Part shown: positions 18,525 to 26,933 of the stretch, in pieces
Layout: the number at the start of each line of letters is the position of its first letter
Position numbering within the stretch: position 1 is the first letter of the stretch
DNA from: a virus
IMG/VR virus record: IMGVR_UViG_3300035034_001897
Location: 1 to 64,000 of that record
Length of the DNA stretch: 64,000 bases
Direction: 5' to 3' (one strand)
The notes under the pieces: generated by a model
The model's database searches: none
What the model saw: the letters and a program-made list of their open reading frames with translations, nothing else
Told to the model about the DNA's origin: nothing
Position numbers and translations under genes: made by a program

Positions 18525-18956
18525 ATGAGCTTAGAGCAACAAATACGTAACAGAAGAATCGCACAAGCAAATCAAATCACAGATATGTGTGGTGGAGATA
18601 ATCTCGTCAAAGGTAAAGAAATGCCAGTAGGTACTGTTAGTAATGGCAGAAAGAAAATGCCAAATGGAAGTTGGGTGCCAGTTAGTGAAGAAAAAAGCTC
18701 CTCTAAGACACCTCATCCTAAACTAAAAGATTCTCATAGATGGCAAGTAGAATCTCATATGAAGCAAGCAATTAAAGGAGATAAAAACATAACAATCTCT
18801 ATGATGGGAGGAGATGTGACTACTCATAAGAAAGGCGAAGAGTTTATGTATAGAGCAACAGTTCAGTCAAAAACTAGAGATAAGATGAGAGAATCTTTAG
18901 ATAGTGCAGGAGTAGACATCTTGAGTGCAAAGAAGTTCGGAGAATTATTTAATTAA
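18525..18956 (+). CDS. Leader-bearing basic protein (putative internal head protein)
   Basis: MSLEQQIRNRR...LVKGKEMPVGTVSNGRKK closely matches the topoisomerase N-terminus. Confidence 0.75.
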   Translation: MSLEQQIRNRRIAQANQITDMCGGDNLVKGKEMPVGTVSNGRKKMPNGSWVPVSEEKSSSKTPHPKLKDSHRWQVESHMKQAIKGDKNITISMMGGDVTTHKKGEEFMYRATVQSKTRDKMRESLDSAGVDILSAKKFGELFN

Positions 18957-18965
18957 CGAGTCGCA

Positions 18966-19496
18966 ATGGATCAAATCAAAAAATCAATCGAATCTATCTC
19001 AAGAGAAGATAACGCAGACATCCTAATTAAAGGAAAAGCCTTACCAATTGGAACGATTAAAAAGCGTCCTAACGGCAATTTCATTAAAACTGCAAGTGGA
19101 TGGAAATATCACTCGAAGCACGACAAGAATCAGAAAGCACAAGCTAGTGAGAAGAAAAGTGAAAGACCTCAAAGACACCAATTCAATTCTCAACAAGAAT
19201 ATGAAAAGAAGTTGTTATCTCACACTGGACCTGGAGGAGGAAATCAAGATAAAGGTAAATCTCCAGATGGAATTTCCGAGAGTATGCTTAAAAAAGTAAA
19301 TCTAGCGGATAACCATTTAGAAGGTAAAGTTTTTAATATAGGTAAAGGAGCTCGACTCAGAGTCGATAGTGTAAAAGGAGACATTGCTAAAATAACTAAA
19401 ATAGATAAGTTTAACAATACCTCAACACACGAGGTGTCTGTAAAAGACAATAGTGGAGAAGGAGGTTTATTTTCATATAAAGAAATTAAAAAATAA
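18966..19496 (+). CDS. Leader-bearing basic protein (putative internal head protein)
   Basis: IKKSIESISREDNADILIKGKALPIGTIKKR...WKYHSK parallels the ATPase N-terminus. Confidence 0.75.
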   Translation: MDQIKKSIESISREDNADILIKGKALPIGTIKKRPNGNFIKTASGWKYHSKHDKNQKAQASEKKSERPQRHQFNSQQEYEKKLLSHTGPGGGNQDKGKSPDGISESMLKKVNLADNHLEGKVFNIGKGARLRVDSVKGDIAKITKIDKFNNTSTHEVSVKDNSGEGGLFSYKEIKK

Positions 19497-19634
19497 TGCA
19501 TAATATTCAAATCGTAAATTCAGATCAATTACACATCGTAGAGCAAGCCTCTCTAAAACAAATAATTCTAATGCCTAATTTTGGAGTAAAGTTGGATATT
19601 AGGTTGGTGTAGAGATATTAGGTACCTTTATGAA

Positions 19635-20093
19635 ATGAAAAAGGTTACCACAAAAGATCTTGAGATTGCAGTATTGCAATACGATAAGCAAGCAGAGCTG
19701 AGAAGTCTGCGAACATCTCTTCCTTGGGAATGTGATGTGCTTAGTGTAACTAAAAGTGGTTATGCAACTGAATATGAGTTGAAGATTAGCAAGAGTGATT
19801 TCAAAGCTGATTTTAAAAAGCGTAAGCATAAAATGTTCAGTAAAGGTGAGGGAGGAATGGTGAGTAGGTTTTGGTTTGTAGTACCAAAAGATATGGTTGA
19901 CAAAAAAGACATTCCTCAATATGCAGGATTAATGTATTACGACCATAAAAGGAGAACAGTGCATCCAGTTAAATATCCGCAAAGATTAAAAGCTGGTAAA
20001 TTAGATAGCAAAACAATTCGTAGATTATATCGCTCAATGATGTATCGATTTCTACAACTTAATTTCAAAGGGTACAGAAAAGTAACCTTCTAA
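19635..20093 (+). CDS. PD-(D/E)XK nuclease, MmcB-like
   Basis: ECDVL...EYELKISKSDFKAD...FWFVVP. Confidence 0.7.
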   Translation: MKKVTTKDLEIAVLQYDKQAELRSLRTSLPWECDVLSVTKSGYATEYELKISKSDFKADFKKRKHKMFSKGEGGMVSRFWFVVPKDMVDKKDIPQYAGLMYYDHKRRTVHPVKYPQRLKAGKLDSKTIRRLYRSMMYRFLQLNFKGYRKVTF

Positions 20094-20104
20094 AAATCGT
20101 AAAA

Positions 20105-20584
20105 ATGAAAACAATAAAAGGAGATTTAATTCAGCTAGCATTACAAGGAGAATTTGATGCAATTGCACACGGATGTAATTGTCACAATATGATGGGTGCT
20201 GGAATAGCATTACAAATTAGAAAAGCATTTCCTGGTACATATCAAATAGATACGCAATACAGTCAGGTACAAGATGACTACAATAAGTTAGGTACTATTT
20301 CAGTATGTGACGTTGAGCAATATAACGACAAACAAGATCTCACTAAACAGACAGGATCGTTTACAGTTATAAACGCATACACTCAATTTGATGGAGGAAG
20401 GAATTTAGACTACGATGCATTGAAAATGTGTTTGAAGAAGATTAATCACTACTTTAAAGGAAAGAAAATTGGATTACCTCAAATAGGTTGCGGAATTGCA
20501 GGAGGTAATTGGAATATAGCAAAAAGATACATTGAGCAGTATTTAAGTGATTGTGATGTAACAATCGTTGAATATTCTCGTTAA
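20105..20584 (+). CDS. Macrodomain protein (ADP-ribose binding/hydrolase)
   Basis: IKGDL, HGCNC..MGAGIA, NAYTQ, LPQIGCGIAGG.W. Confidence 0.9.
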   Translation: MKTIKGDLIQLALQGEFDAIAHGCNCHNMMGAGIALQIRKAFPGTYQIDTQYSQVQDDYNKLGTISVCDVEQYNDKQDLTKQTGSFTVINAYTQFDGGRNLDYDALKMCLKKINHYFKGKKIGLPQIGCGIAGGNWNIAKRYIEQYLSDCDVTIVEYSR

Positions 20585-20595
20585 GATTCACTTAG

Positions 20596-20718
20596 GGAGT
20601 AGGTTTTTTAGAGCTTGGCCAAATTCACATCAAGCCCGAAGTTTAGTGTGCTACGACTGTCGCTCTCCCGTGTGTAATTCGGAGTGACGGTCAACAGTAG
20701 TTAAGGTGATCCTACTTT
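20596..20718 (+). ncRNA. Structured RNA of unknown family
   Basis: Closing stem GGAGTAGG/CCTACTTT, hairpin 20613-35, 12 bp G-U-rich stem 20655-66/20681-92. Confidence 0.55.
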
Positions 20719-20755
20719 AAATTCATTCTCGCCAAACATTAATCAAGTGAACACT

Positions 20756-20780
20756 AACACCTCTTCGGAGGTGTTTTTTA
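20756..20780 (+). terminator. Rho-independent terminator
   Basis: AACACCTC-TTCG-GAGGTGTT followed by T run. Confidence 0.9.
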
Positions 20781-20833
20781 TTTGGGTTGGTAATATTATT
20801 TTACTTATATTTAACAACTCAATTACACACATT

Positions 20834-21208
20834 ATGAAAACACAAGTTAGAAATTCAGGAAATATTAGTACTGGAGAAGTTAGATCATTTGAACACACAT
20901 TAAGTGCAGACAGTAAAATGGATAGCACTTTAACCATTCCAATGATCGGCTTTACTAAAGCCGCTGTAAGCATTCAAACGATCGGAGCAGTAGGAACGAG
21001 TGGCAATGTGTTAATTAAACAAAGCGTTCGTGAAGGAGGTCCTTATGCAGAGTTCACTGCACCAATCTCAAAAGCAATTGCAGCGAGTGGAACTGTAGAA
21101 GAATATGATATTGATGTGAGTGGTGGATATTTAATAGTAGATTTATCACAAGTTACTCAAGGAGATGAGGGAAGATTTGACATAGTAGTAATAATCAAAA
21201 GACAATAA
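20834..21208 (+). CDS. Small beta-rich protein, possibly virion-associated
   Basis: Start more likely ATG 20834 (MKTQVRN), after the terminator and TATATTTA element. Confidence 0.6.
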   Translation: MKTQVRNSGNISTGEVRSFEHTLSADSKMDSTLTIPMIGFTKAAVSIQTIGAVGTSGNVLIKQSVREGGPYAEFTAPISKAIAASGTVEEYDIDVSGGYLIVDLSQVTQGDEGRFDIVVIIKRQ

Positions 21209-21209
21209 T

Positions 21210-21431
21210 ATGGATATCAAACAATCTTACATTAGAAACTTTTTAAGAGTAATTGCTGGTTTAGTGTTATTAATTTATCTTTATGATATTGCTGTAAATA
21301 AAATCAAAAAAGGTCAGATATATCTTGATGCAAATGATGGATATGTAATTTTTGGTTGTATCGCAATTCTAATAGCAATTGAAGCAGTAAGAGCATATGT
21401 GCTTCGTAAAATGGTAAAAGATAATGAGTAA
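21210..21431 (+). CDS. Two-TM protein, holin candidate
   Basis: 73 aa, two hydrophobic helices, charged C-terminus. Confidence 0.4.
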   Translation: MDIKQSYIRNFLRVIAGLVLLIYLYDIAVNKIKKGQIYLDANDGYVIFGCIAILIAIEAVRAYVLRKMVKDNE

Positions 21432-22005
21432 ACATGTCAAGTTAGCAGTGACAATCAATCAAAAATGGTATGTCACTTTAGTTATAGCCATCTTACTAAA
21501 TATTGGATGGAACTTCATTAATTCAAAAACAGCAATTAGTCAAGGAGAAAGAATCACTCAATTAGAGAAGGAGAATCTTCAATTGAAACAGACTAACGTA
21601 GAATTGTTATCGAAAAACTTTCTAGATCAACATAACCTTGACAGACTACCTTTTGCATTATGGAGAAAAATGAAGGTAGGAGATTCTTTTGTAATGAAAT
21701 TTATTAATGAGACAGGGAGAGATCAATTTTTAAAAACTAAAGGTATAAATAAATATTTTTATCACAACAAAACTGATTTTGCAATTTTTGAATATGAAGA
21801 TGCTTATAGATTTTATAGAGAAGATAGTTTAGTTGCTTACGCTAAAACTGACACAGTAGCGCACTTTAACACTAACTTCTATGATGCTAAAGGCAAGATA
21901 CTATACAAAGACGGATATACAAGGTGGAAAGAAGTTGTTGATGGTGACACTTTGATATGGGGCAAGATGGATAAATTTTATGTAAAACCAAAAAGAGCAA
22001 AATAA
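21424..22005 (+). CDS. Membrane-anchored protein with coiled coil and PAS-like domain
   Basis: TM, coiled coil, then LPFALWRK...FINE...KTDFAIF...A.RF..ED pattern resembling PAS folds. Confidence 0.45.
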   Translation: MSKHVKLAVTINQKWYVTLVIAILLNIGWNFINSKTAISQGERITQLEKENLQLKQTNVELLSKNFLDQHNLDRLPFALWRKMKVGDSFVMKFINETGRDQFLKTKGINKYFYHNKTDFAIFEYEDAYRFYREDSLVAYAKTDTVAHFNTNFYDAKGKILYKDGYTRWKEVVDGDTLIWGKMDKFYVKPKRAK

Positions 22006-22070
22006 TGAGTTAATTATAGCAGAGTATTTCAGTTATATAATTACAGAAAAATAACTCAATTAGATTAATT

Positions 22071-24413
22071 ATGAAAAAAATATTTAGTATTGCATTAATT
22101 GCATTAACAGCAACAACTCTTTTTGGTCAAGACAAAGAGTTTGCGGGAACTGTTACAATTAAAAACACACCAACCGCAATAAGCACGGATTCAATAAGCG
22201 TTATTAAACCCGATGGAACAGTAGGTAAATCTAATGTACAAGTAGGTAATGTTGTGAAGTTAACTGGAGAAACTAGTCAAACTGTTGAAGGACAAATTGA
22301 AATACAAGACAGATTAACTGTAAAAGGACTAGCAAATACTGAATCTGCAACAAGAACTAGTGTTGACATAACAGGGAAAACAGGAGCAGGTAACGGATGG
22401 GCAGGAGTTGATTTGTTAAGTGGATATACTCATACACCTGGAGTTACTGACCCTTTGGTTACTGATGTAGTTGCCGTTGGAAACGTTGCTTATGCTATAA
22501 CAGTAACAGTAAGTAATTTAACTGCTGGAAGATATGAATACTTCATTTTTGGAGGTACTAGGGTGAATATGTATGTGGGGAATGGTCAAAGAGTTTTCGT
22601 TTTCAAGACTGTAGATACATCACCTTTACAAATTTTTATAACAAACACGGCAACTGATGGAGATATAAAAATTGACTCTGTAGAGAGAGTAAATTCAGAT
22701 AAAGAAAGTGTTTTTGATATTAAAAATTCATCTAATGCTATTGTATCGGAAACTAGATATGGAAATGGTTCTGTTTATTTCGGGAGTAAAAGCGGAGTAT
22801 CTAGTTCGAGTGCTAGTTCACTAAATACTGCTTTTGGTCATAATGCAATAGAAAAAGCTGTATCCAGCAGATACCTTACAGCTGTAGGTACTCATGCTCT
22901 TAGACAAGTAATAGGAGGAAGTTATATGACAGCTATTGGTGCTAATGTATTTTCTAGAGGTTTCTCCCATACAGGCAGTAATTACTATAATGTAGGCATA
23001 GGAGGAAATGTAGGGAATGCTCCTGACGCTAATTTTTCGAATTCTATTTTTATGGGGTTTTCAGTAGCTGAAAAACTTGAAGCAGGACATAGTAATATAG
23101 GTATTGGTTGTTTGGCTTTAGGAGAGGCAGTATCTAGCTCAAGAAATGTAGCTATTGGAAATAATAGCTTAAGAAATTTACTAACAGGATCTTCTAATAC
23201 AGCTTTAGGGATTGATACTTTAGTAAGACTTATAGAAGGAACTGATAATGTGGCTATAGGGTTTGCAGCAGGAAATTTTTCATCTTCGGGAAACAATGAA
23301 ACTTCTTTTAGGTCAATCTTTATAGGTAAAAATACTAAGTCTCTTGCAGATGATCAATTCAATCAAATTGTAATAGGTAACGACGCCATTGGGAACGGTT
23401 CAAATACAGCTACCATAGGGGACGATTCGATTACAGATACTTATTTGAAAGGTGTTGTTCACGCAGATTCTTTTGATGGGGTTTTAAAGAACATTAAAGA
23501 TTCAAACGGTGTTCAATTAGGTACTGTAGATCAAGATTTATTATTAGGAGAAGAATTAACTTTTAATAACACTACTAAGAAAATAGATGTAGCTAATGTA
23601 GTTAAAAAAACTGGAGAAACTAACCAATCTATTGCAGGAAATATTACTGTGAGTAATAAAATTACTTCCACAGAATTAGATGTATTTGCTGATGACTTAC
23701 CTACTAGAATTGGTCGACACTCAGTTCAACATCTAAAAATATATGGGAATTCTACTGGTAATTATTTACTAGGTGTAGGATCTAAAAACGCTATTTTTGG
23801 TAAAGAAGATAAAGGTGTTTTGCTATTTAGAGCAGACGGTATCCAAATATCGACTCTAGCAATTCCTAATAGGTACGATTTATTTATTAAAAATGATACT
23901 GGAGATGTTGGCGTAAATAATAAATTCCCAACAGAAAAACTACACGTAAATGGAAACGTAAAAGCAACAAACTTTATTGGTAATTTAAGTGGTAATGCAA
24001 CTACTGCTAGTAATGCAAATTTATTAGGAGGTGAATTGCCTGCTTTTTATGCAACTCAAGAAGATGTTGAGTACAAAACAAATGGAATTGTAATACCAAG
24101 AACTAAATTACCTTTAACACAATTTCAAGTAGGTACAGACCAATTGTATTATACTGTAGTTGGTAATAGATTGATATTGACAGGCAATTATAAAGTGACT
24201 ACAGGTAACCCTTCTACACTAGCTGTGGGAACTTTACCTATAGAAGCAAGGTCAGAAATAACAAGGACTATACCTATATTAATAAACTCTAGCGCTGCTT
24301 CAATAACTATTAATACAGATGGAGATATTACTTTAGACTTGTCGGGTTTTTCGACAACTTCTACAAATAAGACAATAAAAATAGATACAGAGGTAACATT
24401 ATTAAAACTATAA
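22071..24413 (+). CDS. Fibre/adhesin-like protein with N-terminal signal peptide
   Basis: MKKIFSIALIALTATTLFG-Q; N(T/V)AIG beta-roll repeats; PTEKLHVNG motif; fibre-tip-like C-terminus. Confidence 0.65.
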   Translation: MKKIFSIALIALTATTLFGQDKEFAGTVTIKNTPTAISTDSISVIKPDGTVGKSNVQVGNVVKLTGETSQTVEGQIEIQDRLTVKGLANTESATRTSVDITGKTGAGNGWAGVDLLSGYTHTPGVTDPLVTDVVAVGNVAYAITVTVSNLTAGRYEYFIFGGTRVNMYVGNGQRVFVFKTVDTSPLQIFITNTATDGDIKIDSVERVNSDKESVFDIKNSSNAIVSETRYGNGSVYFGSKSGVSSSSASSLNTAFGHNAIEKAVSSRYLTAVGTHALRQVIGGSYMTAIGANVFSRGFSHTGSNYYNVGIGGNVGNAPDANFSNSIFMGFSVAEKLEAGHSNIGIGCLALGEAVSSSRNVAIGNNSLRNLLTGSSNTALGIDTLVRLIEGTDNVAIGFAAGNFSSSGNNETSFRSIFIGKNTKSLADDQFNQIVIGNDAIGNGSNTATIGDDSITDTYLKGVVHADSFDGVLKNIKDSNGVQLGTVDQDLLLGEELTFNNTTKKIDVANVVKKTGETNQSIAGNITVSNKITSTELDVFADDLPTRIGRHSVQHLKIYGNSTGNYLLGVGSKNAIFGKEDKGVLLFRADGIQISTLAIPNRYDLFIKNDTGDVGVNNKFPTEKLHVNGNVKATNFIGNLSGNATTASNANLLGGELPAFYATQEDVEYKTNGIVIPRTKLPLTQFQVGTDQLYYTVVGNRLILTGNYKVTTGNPSTLAVGTLPIEARSEITRTIPILINSSAASITINTDGDITLDLSGFSTTSTNKTIKIDTEVTLLKL

Positions 24414-24416
24414 AAC

Positions 24417-24887
24417 ATGATACAATTTAAAATTAGAAGTACAGAGAAACTAGCAAGTTCAAATACTCACGGAAAGTGTGATGTAATGAGAGTAATGCTA
24501 GAATCAAAGATTAAAAGAACTAATGAAGGTATTAAACGAGAGATCGGTGCTATTATTAAAAGTAGACATTTTTTAGAACAAGATTTAGAAGTTGAAACTA
24601 CTGATGTTGATGGAGTAACAACTACGGAGACTATCACAGAAAGAATGTATGTTAAAGGAAATGACCACGAAGCATACTGGGGTTTTTCAGTAGAAAAAGA
24701 GGCTTTTTATAGAGAGCAGTTAGCTTCTATAATGGACGGTAAAACAGAAGAAGAAAAGCAATTTATAATGTTTGTAGCTCAAACTCAAACGGCTGGTTTT
24801 GACGGTGGGGGTTGGCAAGGGATGCTTAATTGGATTCCTGACACGGAAGAGCATACGGTAGTAGAACAGTTTACAGTAGTTGAATAA
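24417..24887 (+). CDS. Hypothetical protein
   Basis: ORF track. Confidence 0.6.
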   Translation: MIQFKIRSTEKLASSNTHGKCDVMRVMLESKIKRTNEGIKREIGAIIKSRHFLEQDLEVETTDVDGVTTTETITERMYVKGNDHEAYWGFSVEKEAFYREQLASIMDGKTEEEKQFIMFVAQTQTAGFDGGGWQGMLNWIPDTEEHTVVEQFTVVE

Positions 24888-25354
24888 TGGGATGGAGCAC
24901 TAATACATATTTTTATAATTCAAAAAACGTCTTAGCGCAAGGGGTTGAAGATGCAAAGGTATATCTATGGCTCAAAGGTTTTTATATTGAGCAAATCTAT
25001 ATATTTTTAGAAGCCTATAACTACTTTATAAAGTACCCTAACCACTATGACGGTGCTACATTTTCACAAGATTTGTATGATATTAACGGTTTAGAATTAG
25101 CTAGTATGTTGCACGACTATTTATACAAAATAGGTGGGTATGCATCGAAAGAAACACTCCGTCAAGCAGATGCGATACTTATAAGAGTAATGCGACAATG
25201 TAATAAAAGCGGTGCAGAAATTAAATACAGACAGGTACGTTTATTTATTTTAAGAGAGATCCTAAACTACGCCTGGATTAACAGGACTTTCAGAGGTAAA
25301 ACTTTGACAGTTCAAAACAGGAGATTAATTGATAATATTTACTACGCATTATGA
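24887..25354 (+). CDS. DUF1353-like protein
   Basis: YDGAT...ASMLHDYLY...ADAIL motif series. Confidence 0.55.
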   Translation: MGWSTNTYFYNSKNVLAQGVEDAKVYLWLKGFYIEQIYIFLEAYNYFIKYPNHYDGATFSQDLYDINGLELASMLHDYLYKIGGYASKETLRQADAILIRVMRQCNKSGAEIKYRQVRLFILREILNYAWINRTFRGKTLTVQNRRLIDNIYYAL

Positions 25355-25517
25355 GTTTATTATCAGACAATATAGGTGTTATATTAACAGCAGTAACATT
25401 AGGTGAGTGCATATGTATATTGTAACAGCGAAGAGAAGTTGGATTAAGTTGTAGGTGAACACTACTAGATGTTTTTAATTATAGCGTATATTTAAAACTT
25501 AATTTTAAAACATATAA

Positions 25518-25865
25518 ATGGACAAGCAAATCGAACAAAGCAATCTTAAATCAAATGAGCATTTAAAAATTACAATTACTCAATCATCAGCTGGAGAGAT
25601 TTCCGTTACAGCTGATGGAGTTAATCAAACCGACTTCTTTCAAGTATTAGGTATGATAGAGGTAGCTAAAAACAATCTAATGCAATCGATTCAGAATCAA
25701 GAGGTAGTTGAAGTGGAATTGGATGAATTAGACATTAAACTCAATCCAGAAGCGGATGTAAAAGTTGGACAGAAGATTCCGATGCCTAAAGCAGCTTTTG
25801 ATATGAGAGAAAAGCAAAGAGCTTTAGCTATGGAATCTAAAGCAGATATGAAAATTGAGAAATAA
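25518..25865 (+). CDS. Hypothetical protein
   Basis: Own TATATTTA element upstream and terminator downstream. Confidence 0.65.
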   Translation: MDKQIEQSNLKSNEHLKITITQSSAGEISVTADGVNQTDFFQVLGMIEVAKNNLMQSIQNQEVVEVELDELDIKLNPEADVKVGQKIPMPKAAFDMREKQRALAMESKADMKIEK

Positions 25866-25888
25866 TAATCAATAAATCATTAAAGAAC

Positions 25889-25917
25889 AAACACCTCCTA
25901 AAATGGAGGTGTTGTTG
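25889..25917 (+). terminator. Probable terminator hairpin
   Basis: AACACCTCC/GGAGGTGTT inverted repeat with imperfect T tail. Confidence 0.6.
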
Positions 25918-25961
25918 TATATAAGATATAGAATAGATATCTTGAACTAAAATTGTAAATA

Positions 25962-26273
25962 ATGAAGGAAATTGAGCAAATTGATAAAGATCGAATAGAA
26001 ATTGTAGGACAGAAAGAGCAACCTAAAGAGACTAAGATTGTAGGCAGAATGAAGAAGATTAAAGGTCTAACTTTATATCAACTCGATACAAAGAGTGGTG
26101 TAATATCTAAAGCAAAAGTCGTCTCAGACACAGCAGACTTTAAAAATCCTAATAGAAAAATTGGAAAAGCAAAGTTTGAAGAAAACTGTCTCTACTTACA
26201 AGCATTAAATATTAAAAATGCTAAACGTAAGTTTGAAAAATTAGTTGATAAAATAATCGCATCGTCTAAATGA
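25962..26273 (+). CDS. Hypothetical basic protein
   Basis: ORF track. Confidence 0.6.
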   Translation: MKEIEQIDKDRIEIVGQKEQPKETKIVGRMKKIKGLTLYQLDTKSGVISKAKVVSDTADFKNPNRKIGKAKFEENCLYLQALNIKNAKRKFEKLVDKIIASSK

Positions 26274-26662
26274 AAAATCTATTCGCAGTACCATTTGATT
26301 CTTACCAAAGCACGAAAACAGATCAAGGTATTATTTACAATGTTATCGATAAAGAAGGAAGTGTCTATATTCAATGTTGGGTAGCACACAGACCTTATGC
26401 AGATCACGATTTAACGATACAAGCTATCTCAGGAGCACCTAGTAGTGTACGTGATAAGTTTACTGAATTAATGAATGAAGTGTTTGGAGTAGGGCAATGG
26501 ATCGTTCAGAGCAGATTTAGTGTAGAGAGTGTAAGAAAATCAGGTGCATTACAAACACAAAAATTCATAGACGATTGTCAAAGCATTTCTTACAGCGATA
26601 GAAGTAAAAAAGCAAATGTGCAACCAGCTCAAATTCAAGTGATTGGAGGACTAACTTATTAA
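26270..26662 (+). CDS. Hypothetical protein
   Basis: ORF track. Confidence 0.55.
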   Translation: MKNLFAVPFDSYQSTKTDQGIIYNVIDKEGSVYIQCWVAHRPYADHDLTIQAISGAPSSVRDKFTELMNEVFGVGQWIVQSRFSVESVRKSGALQTQKFIDDCQSISYSDRSKKANVQPAQIQVIGGLTY

Positions 26663-26933
26663 AACCGTCATTGTTAGATATCGACTAGAGTTAGAGATCT
26701 TTTATCAAGAGATCCGACTAAACATAGACGTTGATAAACACAATACAGATGAATTAATTAGAAAGTACTGTCAAAGATATTTCGACTTAAATTTTAGAAA
26801 AAAACCAGTTGTAGCCTTTTATGTTAGTAAAATCTTACGTACCTAAAGAAAGGCTTGGTAGTTTAACTCAAAATGGTGAGATTTATCCATTAAGTTTACT
26901 CAACAATAGTAAAAGATGTAACAAAACTCTTCA

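Noticed and set aside
19591-19630. Sixth full copy of the early promoter
   Set aside because: It has TACCTTTA and AGATATTA but GTTG is not at the 20 nt spacing; at most a variant
20747-20833. Track start for the 153 aa ORF at 20747
   Set aside because: The extension runs through a terminator and a promoter-like element; ATG 20834 is more plausible
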